Positions 9,790-19,863 of a stretch of 64,000 nt of DNA are shown here, piece after piece. A program made the position numbers and the translations under genes. The stretch lies in IMG/VR virus record IMGVR_UViG_3300023109_003600, positions 57,650 to 121,649 of that record. One strand, written 5' to 3'. The DNA comes from a virus. Below the pieces are notes generated by a model, which was not told where the DNA came from, did not search any database, and was given only the letters and a program-made list of their open reading frames with translations. Every line of letters begins with the position of its first letter. Positions within the stretch are counted from its first letter, which is position 1.

Positions 9790-10128
9790 TAATCAAAATT
9801 GAGAATCAAACTCAAGCAAATAAAATAATTGATCTTTAACATTTTAATTTGAGGTTTAACCCAATCTTGCAAGAGAAGGGAATCATCGTTTAACTGCCTA
9901 AAGTTAATCCTCAAAAAACTTTGGAAGGGCTTATAATCCTTCCTGTGGGTGACTGAAATAGCCTGTTGTGAGCGGGCTAAGGTATACAATTCTCTGTGGT
10001 AGAGTGCCAATGGACAAATGTCTGAGGCAGGGTTCCCAACCCTAATTGTAGTGCGAGTAGGAAAATTATGAACTGATGTTCACACCAAAAGTTGAGAGTA
10101 TACAGTAATCTCTCCCCACACTTATTTT
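9790..10128 (+). ncRNA. Highly structured ncRNA or long leader; 3' core 9944-10120 resembles the phage manA-type RNA motif (recalled, not searched)
   Basis: No + strand ORF. GC-enriched, with at least 10 pairings, e.g. TTTGAGG/CCTCAAA, GGAAGG/CCTTCC, TGTGGG(9944)/CCCACA(10115), TAGCCTG/CGGGCTA, TACAATT/AATTGTA, AGGGTT/AACCCT, TGAAC/GTTCA, GAGAG/CTCTC; followed by a T-run. Confidence 0.72.
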
Positions 10129-10137
10129 TTAAACCCC

Positions 10138-11356
10138 ATGATCTTTATAAAAAAAGACGAACAATCAAGAAACGCACTAAAACTAATTAAGCAGGTTCTA
10201 CAAGCTCATCAAGACATGTTAGAACAAAAAGAGTCTGAACTAGTATGCATTGCCTCAGAAGAAATTAAAAATGAAATTAACAGCATCCTAAAAAACAAGG
10301 CCCCGCAAGAAGAAACGTTTTCTAAAGCAGATCTAATTTCTCAAGAGATAGAAGTTATAGATATAAAGATAGCTGCTATACAATATACGTACGATTACGT
10401 AAAGTTGATGTTAAAACAATGCGAAAAATTGGAAAAGAATACATAAAGTATCATCTCGAAAATACCTTTCGAGAGCAATCAAAAGAAAGACGGTTACTAA
10501 AAATTGACTGGTACGACGAAAAAGGAATACGGGCAGCGGCTTATATGTCAAAAGTAAATCCCAACCATGAGGATGTAGACAATTTTCTGCAAAACAAAAG
10601 TTTAACAGACTTAATTTTACTTTTTCCACCCCTGGAGGTAGAATAAATAAGATTAATTATTTATATACGAAAATCCAAGTGTAATAAAATTCATGGACCC
10701 AACCTTTAAAAATATAATGTTTATCCTTATCTCTGTCTTTATTACATGGGAGTACTATTCAAGAGGAAAAGAGGTTGAGGAGTTAAAAGAAACAATATTC
10801 GTTCAACATCAAGCGATAGATTCTCAGAATTTATTAATTAATTTTTATAAAAATAAATTTCACGAAGAATCCTACAACCCTCCTTTCTATGAAAGCCAAC
10901 AAAAAATAAACAAATATGAAAGTAAGTGAATTAGTAAAAAAATGCAACTATAAAAAAGTTTTTAATATAGTTTACAAGAAATATTTAATAAATAAATCTC
11001 CCGAACATGTAATCAGAGTAGATCTGGAAATTCAAAAAGCTTATAACTTCATAAGTAAAGTGTCATGTTCCCCAGAAGTCGCAAAAGATAGTCACTCGGT
11101 ATACGTACTCTTTACAGAGGGTGAACAAGTAGATATATGTATTCATGATGAAGAATCAGACGAATTATGCTCTTTAGATCTTTATGACTGGACTCAGCTA
11201 GCATGTCTTGAATTTAAAAAGGGTTGCGAGTTATCCAGTTCAGAAATTGCTGCAGAAATACTCTGGGAAATAACCCATTGGGGAAACAATGAAGATATTA
11301 AAAAGTTACTAAAAGACATTGACGACACAATTAACAACTTGACAAAAGACGATTAA
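10138..11356 (+). CDS. Four hypothetical ORFs (10138-10446, 10419-10646, 10693-10929 with N-terminal TM segment, 10916-11356)
   Basis: ORF track; 10693 is preceded by GTGTA-N9. Confidence 0.6.
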
Positions 11357-11376
11357 TAAGTTAACATTGCTAGTCA

Positions 11377-12189
11377 ATGAAACTAGCTATAGTTATACCA
11401 TATAGGTCAAGGAAAGATTATTTAGATATTTTCCTAAAATCTACCGCAAAGTATATTGAATCTAAAAATAGAATCAATAAAAAAGATTACAATTTTATCC
11501 TTGCAGAACAGCTAGATAATAAATTATTTAATCGAGGGCTGGCTATTAACATAGGCGCAGAATACGCAAATAAATATAATCTTGGAGAATATTTCATATT
11601 TCATGACGTAGACACAATTCCACTGAGCGGCATTGATTATAAATACAATCAACTAACAGAATGGTGGTTTTTGTGCGCGGGAGGATTTAAAATACACTCT
11701 CGAGACTTTGAGTCAGTCAATGGGTTTAGCAATAATTATAAAGGGTGGGGTTTTGAAGATACAGATTTTCAAAATAGATTATTTCACTTCAATAAAGACC
11801 CTTTCTTTTGGCCAAAATTAGGCAAAGAAAAAAAATCAACCATGCTTGATCTAGAAATCAAAGATTTAGAATCAAATCAAGAAAGCAAGAGGTATTTTGA
11901 AGAAACAATGCTTCGAAAAGGCCTTGGAAAATACCAAGGCTTCCCAAGATATATGTCATTAAAAGACCTAGGAATTGAACATGAAAGAGCAGACAAATCA
12001 AAATTATGGTACCAAGAGGATTTAATTAAAGAAAACAAAGCTTTATTAGATAAAATTCAAGAACAATTTAGCTCAGAAGAAAAAACAAAACTTTATAATT
12101 CAGATGGTTTTTCGCAATCAAAATTTTACCCAACCCAAGAATGCAAAGACTTTGGGAACTTTCACAGAATAGGATTCTATACGGAATGA
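11377..12189 (+). CDS. GT7-like galactosyltransferase (GT-A fold)
   Basis: IVIPYR.R, FNRG..INIG, IFHDVD and VNGFSNNYKGWGFED motifs. Confidence 0.88.
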   Translation: MKLAIVIPYRSRKDYLDIFLKSTAKYIESKNRINKKDYNFILAEQLDNKLFNRGLAINIGAEYANKYNLGEYFIFHDVDTIPLSGIDYKYNQLTEWWFLCAGGFKIHSRDFESVNGFSNNYKGWGFEDTDFQNRLFHFNKDPFFWPKLGKEKKSTMLDLEIKDLESNQESKRYFEETMLRKGLGKYQGFPRYMSLKDLGIEHERADKSKLWYQEDLIKENKALLDKIQEQFSSEEKTKLYNSDGFSQSKFYPTQECKDFGNFHRIGFYTE

Positions 12190-12226
12190 ACTTGACTTTA
12201 ATTAATAAATAATGTATCATCATACT

Positions 12227-12475
12227 ATGAAAAATAAAAAAGAAAACACAATTAAAAATCTATATCGCACGTTTTTTTCTTCAAGGTTTTTGCTAGTTTA
12301 TAAAAACAATGCTGGCAAGATTAAAACATACGAAATCTCAAAACCAGAACTAGATCACTCTTTCGGCAATAAGAATGAACATAGAAACAATGCTGGGTTT
12401 AGAGCTTTTTGTTTTGGCAGAAAAGAATTTAGGTCTTTTCGGCATGACAGAATCGTTTCTTTAACGAAATCATAA
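12227..12475 (+). CDS. Stand-alone WYL-like domain protein
   Basis: Y.N..G...Y.I.P and FRAFCFGRKEFRSFRHDRI match the WYL C-terminal motif; has its own promoter TTGACT(12192)/TATCAT. Confidence 0.6.
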   Translation: MKNKKENTIKNLYRTFFSSRFLLVYKNNAGKIKTYEISKPELDHSFGNKNEHRNNAGFRAFCFGRKEFRSFRHDRIVSLTKS

Positions 12476-12705
12476 AATATGGCAGAGTTCTACCAAAAGT
12501 ATAGCTTAAACGCTGAAAGTTGCGAAAAGCTTGTTAAAAAAAATGAATATACCTTCTATAAGGTTGTAGAAACTAAACTTAAAATACCCCTAAAGCAATT
12601 AAATACATTTGTTATCGAGTGCGAAGCAAGCGGATATATTATCAACCAACTACAAAAAGATAATCAAAATAATTCGTGTACAATTTGGTTGCATCATAAA
12701 ATTTT

Positions 12706-12840
12706 ATGAACAGCGCAGGCAATGGCAAAGGAGATTCTCCAAGAAATATTTTTTCTCAGAATTATACAAAAAATTACGAAAGCATAAATTGGAAAAAGCC
12801 GAAGGTCAAAAAAAAAATAAAAACAAAAAACAAAAAATAG
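12706..12840 (+). CDS. 44-aa basic phage peptide (GKGDSPR...NYESINW)
   Basis: Hand translation; ATG overlaps the stop of 12479-12709. Confidence 0.55.
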   Translation: MNSAGNGKGDSPRNIFSQNYTKNYESINWKKPKVKKKIKTKNKK

Positions 12841-12875
12841 TGGACGATATACATTAACATGTGTATATATATTAC

Positions 12876-13286
12876 ATGAAAGTAGTAGCAGTCAGCGGGT
12901 ACTTTGACCCAATACATGTCGGACACCTAGAATATCTAGAGCAAGCAAAAAAATTAGGAGATAAACTTGTTGTAATCGTAAACAATGATTATCAATGTAC
13001 CTTAAAAAAGGATAGACCCTTCATGAAAGAAAATGATAGGTTAAAAATTGTTTCAGCATTAAAAGTTGTAGATGAAGCTTTTTTGTCTATAGATCAAGAT
13101 AAAAGCGTATGCCTTTCTTTAGAGCATATCAAGCCTAATATTTTTGCAAATGGAGGAGATAGGACCTTAGGAGAAATTCCAGAGTCGAAAATTATGAAAA
13201 AATTTAATATAGACATGGTGGACGGATTAGGAGACAAGATTAGAAGCTCTTCAGATCTTACGGGATTGAAGCAAAAAAACGCCTAG
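12876..13286 (+). CDS. Cytidylyl/adenylyltransferase (TagD/RfaE-II family)
   Basis: SGYFDPIHVGH, FANGGDR, KIRSSS. Confidence 0.9.
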   Translation: MKVVAVSGYFDPIHVGHLEYLEQAKKLGDKLVVIVNNDYQCTLKKDRPFMKENDRLKIVSALKVVDEAFLSIDQDKSVCLSLEHIKPNIFANGGDRTLGEIPESKIMKKFNIDMVDGLGDKIRSSSDLTGLKQKNA

Positions 13287-13320
13287 CCCGATAAAAAAAT
13301 TAAAAAAGATTCAAACCAAA

Positions 13321-13488
13321 GTGGACGATAGACAAAAAAAATACCTTTCCTCAGAAAAAGGAAAAAATGCCGCAATGAAGGCTAAAAAAAAGTACGACGA
13401 GAAAGATAAAGAAAAAAGAAAAGCGCAAAAAAGAGATTACATGAGGAGAAAGAGGTTAGAAAACCCAAACTATTGCAAATGGAAGTAA
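13321..13488 (+). CDS. 55-aa highly basic helical peptide
   Basis: Hand translation from GTG: MDDRQKKYLSSEKGK...RDYMRRKRLENPNYCKWK; stop overlaps the next gene. Confidence 0.55.
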   Translation: MDDRQKKYLSSEKGKNAAMKAKKKYDEKDKEKRKAQKRDYMRRKRLENPNYCKWK

Positions 13489-14189
13489 GGGCATTTCAGA
13501 TATATTATGAAGATAGTCAGGCAGAAAATCTACTTCCAGGATTTATTCCTTATTTCAATACACATACTGATATTTTTTTAGAAAGCTCTGTTATTTCAAG
13601 AATTGAAAAAGAGAATCGACACCTAAATTATAATTGGTTAGGAGTTTTTTCTCACAAAGTTAACAAAAAACTGATTCAAGATTCAATGTATGGAGATTTT
13701 AACTTTAAAAGAATTGAATATATGTGCAACCATAGATCGGCACAAGATTATGATATTCTTGCGCCAAAACCCTCTAGATATCCCTGGAAAAACGTTCGCA
13801 AACACCATCAACCGAGAGAACAGCATGCTGCGAAACACTTATGGCGCGGCTTCGATGTACTTTTACAGAAATTAAAAATACCAAACCTTAACAACGGAAA
13901 CTACCTCGATAAAGAATTAAACATGATTTATACAAACTCTTTTATGGCAAAAAAACAAGTAATGAGAGATTTTATAGAGTCTATGCTTGATCCAGCAATA
14001 AAACTCATTGAGACCGACGAAGAGTTGCACCGACTATGCCGAAATAATGCGAATTATAATCGCCCTGTTCCAGAAAATTTTACAAAATTTACTGGCATGA
14101 CATATTGGCCAGTAGCGCCATTCATCCTAGAAAGAATGATAAACACATATATCTTAACGCACAGCAAAAAAGTTCTTTACTCTTTATGA
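13479..14189 (+). CDS. Putative glycosyltransferase-like protein
   Basis: FQIYY, LES..I, GVFSHK and PFILER pattern; lies in the glycan cluster. Confidence 0.5.
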   Translation: MEVRAFQIYYEDSQAENLLPGFIPYFNTHTDIFLESSVISRIEKENRHLNYNWLGVFSHKVNKKLIQDSMYGDFNFKRIEYMCNHRSAQDYDILAPKPSRYPWKNVRKHHQPREQHAAKHLWRGFDVLLQKLKIPNLNNGNYLDKELNMIYTNSFMAKKQVMRDFIESMLDPAIKLIETDEELHRLCRNNANYNRPVPENFTKFTGMTYWPVAPFILERMINTYILTHSKKVLYSL

Positions 14190-14923
14190 AAATTTTAAAT
14201 ATTATTACTCCATGTTCCAGACCAGAGAACTTAAAATCTTTATTTAAAAGTATACAGAAACCAGACGATACGGAGGTTTACTGGTATATAGTATATGACC
14301 TCGGAATTAAGCCTGAGTTAGGACTGCCCAAGCAATATAATGGCATAAATATAATTGAACACTTGGCTGATAAAAAATCTGTATCAGGAAACAATTTAAG
14401 AAACTGGGCTTTAGATCAAATAACAGAAGGCTTTGTTTATTTATTGGACGATGACAATATATTCAATCCAAATTTTTGGTTATTTTTTAATTCTTTTAAA
14501 AAAAATTATTTTCACAGTTTTTTAACTGAATTTATTGCTCCAGATAATATAGTTATACGAAAATTCAGAAACGAATGGCATGTCTTTACGTCAGGAAGAA
14601 TAAGAGGCGCAAGAAATGTGAAAATTACTAGGGGGGCGGGCATGCCAACTTTTGAATTGGCTATGGAACGTTACCCAGAGCTTTTAAAAAAAGTGCCAAA
14701 CTACAGAGTTTATCTTTATCCCTGTATGCCTAAAGTTGACCATATAGATAGCTCTATGTGTTGCGTAGATCGGAGTCTTATTGGAGATTCTCGTTTTCAA
14801 GAAAACGCTTACAACGCAGATAGCATATTTCTTGAAGAAGTATTCTTAAAATCTAGACAAAATTTTTCTTACATAGATGAATATCTTGGATACTACAACT
14901 ATTTAGAACGATCCAAAACCTAG
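14186..14923 (+). CDS. GT2-like glycosyltransferase
   Basis: IITPCSRPENL, RNWALD, YLLDDDN. Confidence 0.8.
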   Translation: MKILNIITPCSRPENLKSLFKSIQKPDDTEVYWYIVYDLGIKPELGLPKQYNGINIIEHLADKKSVSGNNLRNWALDQITEGFVYLLDDDNIFNPNFWLFFNSFKKNYFHSFLTEFIAPDNIVIRKFRNEWHVFTSGRIRGARNVKITRGAGMPTFELAMERYPELLKKVPNYRVYLYPCMPKVDHIDSSMCCVDRSLIGDSRFQENAYNADSIFLEEVFLKSRQNFSYIDEYLGYYNYLERSKT

Positions 14924-14924
14924 T

Positions 14925-15503
14925 ATGGCCAGAGTGTTTCAAATAGGTTTTAATAAGTGCGGGACAAGATCGCTTTACAAGCTTTTCGCAGACAACTCAA
15001 TTCCTGCCCTGCACTGGCATACAGACCAAGGAAGAATTGCAAAAAAAATGCTTAAAAATTTTTTAAACGGAGAAAATATTATCCCAAAAGATTACGATAA
15101 GATTATTTTTTTTTCTGACTTAGAAGATGTTTACGGCTCAAATTATTTGCCTATATTTGCTTACAGGTTTTATCGAGAGATATTTTATCAATTTCCAGAT
15201 GCAAAATTTATCCTCAACATAAGACCTTTAAATGAGTGGCTCAACTCAAGGGTAAGCCATGACGACGGCAAATACCTAAATCATTGTTTAAGTATGCTTA
15301 AAATATCAAAAACGGAACTAATAAAACATTGGGAGTCCCATTTTTTAAATCATGCAGCAGAGGTTCAAAATTTTTTCAAAGATAAACAAGAAAAGCTTTT
15401 AACTTTTAATATTTCTACGGACAATGTAAGTAAAGTGATTGACTTTTTTCCAGAATTTAATCTTCAAGCAAAACATTGGCAAAAAATTTCTAAAGGTATA
15501 TAA
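14925..15503 (+). CDS. Sulfotransferase (Sulfotransfer_4-like)
   Basis: FQIGFNKCGTRSL PAPS loop; PDAKFILNIR....WLNS. Confidence 0.82.
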   Translation: MARVFQIGFNKCGTRSLYKLFADNSIPALHWHTDQGRIAKKMLKNFLNGENIIPKDYDKIIFFSDLEDVYGSNYLPIFAYRFYREIFYQFPDAKFILNIRPLNEWLNSRVSHDDGKYLNHCLSMLKISKTELIKHWESHFLNHAAEVQNFFKDKQEKLLTFNISTDNVSKVIDFFPEFNLQAKHWQKISKGI

Positions 15504-15508
15504 TAGGT

Positions 15509-16150
15509 ATGATACAAAAAAACTTCTTTCAAACCTGGAGAGAAGAAGAACTTTCTTCTTATTCAGACGGGAAAATAGGCCTGCAATCAAAGAATTCTAT
15601 ACTTAAATTTTTTAAAGATTACAGATACAGATTATGGACAGACGAGAAAATGCATTCTTATATGAATACGCAGCCTTCTTTGTGGAAAAACACCTTTAAT
15701 TGCTTAGATCACCACATAAAAAAGGTAGATTTTTTTCGCTATGTTTTAATTTATAATTTTGGAGGTTTTTACGCCGACTTAGATTTTATTTTTTTACAGC
15801 CTTTACCAGACAAAGTTAACTCTTGCGATTTTGTTTCTTATAAAGCAAATAGAAACATTGAATTACGAACCGCATGCTTTGAAGAAGACCCTGAAGGCAA
15901 GTGGGTTGTCGGGCAGGCGTTTTTTGGAGCGCCAAAGCAATCCTATTTTTTGAAATGTATTTTAAACGAGATTTCTTCCGCTTTTAATGTTCACGATAGC
16001 CCTCTTCTGGATACTGGGCCAGAAAGACTAAACGAAATTTTCCGAAAAAAAGATTTATTTAAAAGAAATATACATATTTTTAATATGTCTGAGTTTGCAA
16101 ATGGCTCTGGAACTCATGCAAACCATTATACTCACTCGATATGGGCTTAA
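15509..16150 (+). CDS. GT32 (OCH1-like) DXD glycosyltransferase
   Basis: FFQTW, LWTDE, DFFRY, GGFYADLD, TGP. Confidence 0.9.
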   Translation: MIQKNFFQTWREEELSSYSDGKIGLQSKNSILKFFKDYRYRLWTDEKMHSYMNTQPSLWKNTFNCLDHHIKKVDFFRYVLIYNFGGFYADLDFIFLQPLPDKVNSCDFVSYKANRNIELRTACFEEDPEGKWVVGQAFFGAPKQSYFLKCILNEISSAFNVHDSPLLDTGPERLNEIFRKKDLFKRNIHIFNMSEFANGSGTHANHYTHSIWA

Positions 16151-17115
16151 TGGGCATTAATTATGGCTCAGGCCTTGGAACTCAACTATATGTAGCTTTT
16201 TTTCAAAAGCAGGCAAAGTTACGTGGGGCGACAGTTAAAACAAATCCTTCTTTAAAAGAAGGAGAAGGTCTAGATGTTTGCTTGCATTTAGAATCATTAA
16301 ATATAAATTTATTAAAAAGATCAAAAATTAATGTACTACTACCTTATCCAGAGCATTTTTTTAGTATAGACAATCTTGATAAAATTCATTATATTCTTTG
16401 TGCTTCAGAACTATGCAGGAATTTGTTTTTAGATTTAAAATACGTATATAATTTTACCTACGAAGTTGTATATATTAGTTCAACAAGCTTAGTCCCACCC
16501 AAAATAGATCTTAAAAATTTAAATTATGAAAAATTCTTACATTTATCTGGAGTTTCGCCATTAAAGAATACTCGAATAGTTTTAGAAACCTGGTTATCTG
16601 AACCAAATTTCCCAGAACTTAATTTAGTTTGCTTAGATAGGCCAGAATATAGAAGTTGCTTCAGGGAGTGCGAACATTTAATAGTAAAAGCTCAAAAATC
16701 AAAAAATATAAAAATCTTTTCTAAGAAGTTGAAGGAATCAGATAAATTCAGCCTGCAGTCAAATTGTGGTTTTGCCATTTGCCCCAGCGAAGCAGAATCT
16801 TTTGGGCACTACATAAACGAAGCGAAAGGTTTTGGGTCAATTGTTATATCCACAGATTATCCTCCTATGAATGAGCTAATTCGTTCAGACTTTGGCTTTT
16901 TACTTAACTCGACAAGCAAAACAGAAAGAGGATTTTTTTCTATTCCCCTGCAAACCTTTAAGCATGCAGAGTTAAAACGATCAGTAAATTTTTTAACTAA
17001 TTTGTCGCTAGAAAATAAATTACAAATGTCTCAAATTGCTAGAGATAGTTTTATTAAAAATGATTTATTTTGCAAATACGAGTTTAACAAGTTCCTGAAT
17101 AAGGTTTCCAAATAA
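16150..17115 (+). CDS. GT4-like glycosyltransferase
   Basis: LHLSGVSPLKNT, CPSEAESFGHYINEA, TDYPPMNEL. Confidence 0.82.
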   Translation: MGINYGSGLGTQLYVAFFQKQAKLRGATVKTNPSLKEGEGLDVCLHLESLNINLLKRSKINVLLPYPEHFFSIDNLDKIHYILCASELCRNLFLDLKYVYNFTYEVVYISSTSLVPPKIDLKNLNYEKFLHLSGVSPLKNTRIVLETWLSEPNFPELNLVCLDRPEYRSCFRECEHLIVKAQKSKNIKIFSKKLKESDKFSLQSNCGFAICPSEAESFGHYINEAKGFGSIVISTDYPPMNELIRSDFGFLLNSTSKTERGFFSIPLQTFKHAELKRSVNFLTNLSLENKLQMSQIARDSFIKNDLFCKYEFNKFLNKVSK

Positions 17116-17119
17116 TATA

Positions 17120-17980
17120 ATGAATCTTGAACTTCAAAATTATGCCCAATACAAAAATGCATCACTAAAGTTTTTGTCAAAAGATTTGTATTTGAAGACT
17201 AGCTTAATCAACGATTATCAATTTTATAAAGAGAATTGTATTAAAAAGTGTATATCCTTAATAGGGTTATGGGATTGTGAGTTTTTTCATTTTTTATTTA
17301 ATTATTTAATTTATTTTAAAGATTTAGAGCAGTTAGATACGGACGATTACAAGATATTATTAAGACAACATGAAAGAAACTCTTGGCAATCGGGGTGGAT
17401 TAAAAAAATTGCTCCGAAATTACATTCAAATATTCTTTATCTTAATGAGGGCGAAGAAATTTATTTCGAACATCTTATAATGCTTGGGCCAAACCATCAA
17501 TTATTTCACAGAGAGCTCGATAAATATAGAATCTTATGGTTGAAGAACAAAATATTTTCAGACACTAAAAATGATAAAAGAACATTAATTTTGATTAAGC
17601 GATCTTTTAGCAGAGTCTTAAAAAATTGGGATAAAGTATTTGAACTATGCAGAAGTTATTGTCGAAAACACAATTTAACGCTTGATATCTTTGACGATTC
17701 TTCTAACTTAGGCTCTATAGAACATCAAGCCTTAAGGTTTAAAAAAGCAAAATTGATCATCGGTAGCCATGGAGCGGGATTCATCAATCTTATTGCCTGC
17801 GACAGTGATGCAAGCTTAATTGAGTTTTTATATTTTAGAAAACCAAGAAATAGTTATGACGGACAATGCTATAAAAAATTATGCGAAATATTAAAAATTC
17901 GGCATCATTCTATATTAGTAAACAAAGACCTGCAAACAATATCAATCAAAGAACTTTCAAACGAGTTAAAATCATTATGA
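17120..17980 (+). CDS. GT61 (DUF563) glycosyltransferase
   Basis: FFHF, IKR..SR.L.N, Q...F..A.LIIGSHGAGFIN, LIEF. Confidence 0.85.
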   Translation: MNLELQNYAQYKNASLKFLSKDLYLKTSLINDYQFYKENCIKKCISLIGLWDCEFFHFLFNYLIYFKDLEQLDTDDYKILLRQHERNSWQSGWIKKIAPKLHSNILYLNEGEEIYFEHLIMLGPNHQLFHRELDKYRILWLKNKIFSDTKNDKRTLILIKRSFSRVLKNWDKVFELCRSYCRKHNLTLDIFDDSSNLGSIEHQALRFKKAKLIIGSHGAGFINLIACDSDASLIEFLYFRKPRNSYDGQCYKKLCEILKIRHHSILVNKDLQTISIKELSNELKSL

Positions 17981-18639
17981 AAATATACTATTATTACGAC
18001 GAGAAATTCAAATCACTTAAAAATAATTTCGAAAAGTCGCTTAAAGATAATTTCGAGAAACACCCAATTCAAACAAATAATTTTGATGTTAAGTCAGAAA
18101 AATTTTGCAGAGAAGAAATTGGAGGAGGCAGAGATTCTTGGCTAATGAGGTTCGACGTTATACTAAAAGGTATTAGAGAGAGCATGGGAGAGATAATTTT
18201 ATTATCTGATGTAGATATAATTTTCTTCAGGCCAGCCACCGAAGCAATACTTACATGCATGAACCATTCAGACCTCGTATTCCAAAGAGAATCATTTGAT
18301 CATGGTTTAAATGTAGGCTTTATTGCAATCAAATGCAACAAAGAGACTGAAAATTTCTGGCAAACAGCTAGAGATATTTGTTATCAAAAAAAATCCTGGG
18401 ATCAACAAGTAGTAAACGATTTAATCTATAAAGAAAATTATAAAATTAAATGGAGTCGCTTTCCTCAGCAATTCTATAATGGGAGCCAATCAAAAGTTTT
18501 ATCTAAAAACGGACAGCCTTTTTGGGATTTACAAGGTAAAACTCCTAGCGATTCTATATTATATCATGCGAACGCGGGAAAAACTTTAAAAGAGAAATTT
18601 GCTCAATTTGATATTGTATCTAAACTTATTAGAGTTTGA
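17977..18639 (+). CDS. Nucleotide-diphospho-sugar transferase (GT77-like)
   Basis: LLSDVDIIFF, LNVGF, WDQQVVN, YHAN. Confidence 0.8.
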   Translation: MKIYYYYDEKFKSLKNNFEKSLKDNFEKHPIQTNNFDVKSEKFCREEIGGGRDSWLMRFDVILKGIRESMGEIILLSDVDIIFFRPATEAILTCMNHSDLVFQRESFDHGLNVGFIAIKCNKETENFWQTARDICYQKKSWDQQVVNDLIYKENYKIKWSRFPQQFYNGSQSKVLSKNGQPFWDLQGKTPSDSILYHANAGKTLKEKFAQFDIVSKLIRV

Positions 18640-19250
18640 TGATAGATCACAGGACTAAATCTATTTTTATTCATATGCCTTGTACTGGAGGAACAAGCAT
18701 CGAATCAGCTTTACTTAACGATCCGAGTGGCGGGAGATCAGTAGATATTAAAGAAAAGCATATAAACTCCTTGACGGCCAAAATAATTTACAAACAATAC
18801 TGGAATGATTATTTTAAATTCAGTTTTGTAAGAAACCCCTGGGGACGCATGCTTTCTATGATGAAGTTTAGAGATAAAAGCCTATACGGCATAAAAGAAT
18901 TAGACGGGAAAATTAATCTTGATGAATACTTAAAAATTCACCCATTTATTGAAGTAGACCCAAGAGCTAGGAATTATAGTAAAAATTGCTACATTAAAGG
19001 ATCTGTTTATCAAAATTTTTTAAGTGAAGACCTTGATTTTGTCGGCAAATTTGAAAACCTGCAAGATGATTTTAATAAAGTATGCCGAGAGTTAAACATT
19101 GAGTCAAAAGAATTGCCAATTATTAATTCTAGCAACTATAAAACTCCTATCAAAAATTACTTCAACGAAAGATCTAACAATCAAATTCGAAAAATGTTCG
19201 AAAAAGATATATTATATTACAAATACAATGAACCTTGGAAAAATCAGTAA
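18639..19250 (+). CDS. Sulfotransferase (Sulfotransfer_2, HNK-1/CHST-like)
   Basis: FIHMPCTGGTSI (Cys in place of the usual Lys), FSFVRNPWGRMLS, FVGKFENL. Confidence 0.82.
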   Translation: MIDHRTKSIFIHMPCTGGTSIESALLNDPSGGRSVDIKEKHINSLTAKIIYKQYWNDYFKFSFVRNPWGRMLSMMKFRDKSLYGIKELDGKINLDEYLKIHPFIEVDPRARNYSKNCYIKGSVYQNFLSEDLDFVGKFENLQDDFNKVCRELNIESKELPIINSSNYKTPIKNYFNERSNNQIRKMFEKDILYYKYNEPWKNQ

Positions 19251-19863
19251 ACAGTTAAAACACGGAGCTCAACTTGGTCAAGACCACTGGGTTTTAGAGT
19301 TTTTTAATTATAAAACAAAAGGATATTTTGTAGAGGTTGGAGCTTACGATGGAATAGAGTACTCAAACACCTATTTAATGGAATCGAGCTATGACTGGGA
19401 CGGAATTTGTGTTGAAGCAAACCCTTTGACATATAATTATTTAATAAGCAATAGAAAATGCCGCATAAGCAACGCTTGCATATATAAAGAATCAGGGAAA
19501 ACAGTACCATTTTTTAATACCCCGCTTCTCGGAGGGATTGAAGACCACCTAAACAAAGAACGAATTTCTAAACATAATCTTGAGGGGAACTTGATCAACT
19601 TAAAGACTTTATCCCTAAATGATCTTTTAGAAAAATTCAAAGCTCCAGAATATATAGATTATATAAGCATAGATACTGAAGGTTCTGAATTAGAAATTAT
19701 CAAAAATTTTAATTTTAAAAAATATACAGTAAATTTGTGGACAATAGAGCATAACGACGAATTTCAAAGCAAAAACCAATCGGGGGAAATTATTAGTTTT
19801 TTTCTATCAATGGGATATAACTATAAATTAGTAGAACATGATATATGGCTTTTTAAGGAATGA
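19228..19863 (+). CDS. FkbM family methyltransferase
   Basis: QLGQD, FVEVGAYDG..SNT, WDGICVEAN, IDYISIDTEGSE. Confidence 0.9.
   Translation: MNLGKISKQLKHGAQLGQDHWVLEFFNYKTKGYFVEVGAYDGIEYSNTYLMESSYDWDGICVEANPLTYNYLISNRKCRISNACIYKESGKTVPFFNTPLLGGIEDHLNKERISKHNLEGNLINLKTLSLNDLLEKFKAPEYIDYISIDTEGSELEIIKNFNFKKYTVNLWTIEHNDEFQSKNQSGEIISFFLSMGYNYKLVEHDIWLFKE

Noticed and set aside
12839-13330. 11-bp direct repeat AGTGGACGATA flanking the cytidylyltransferase gene (possible target-site duplication)
   Set aside because: Short, with no transposase or terminal inverted repeats; compatible with chance.
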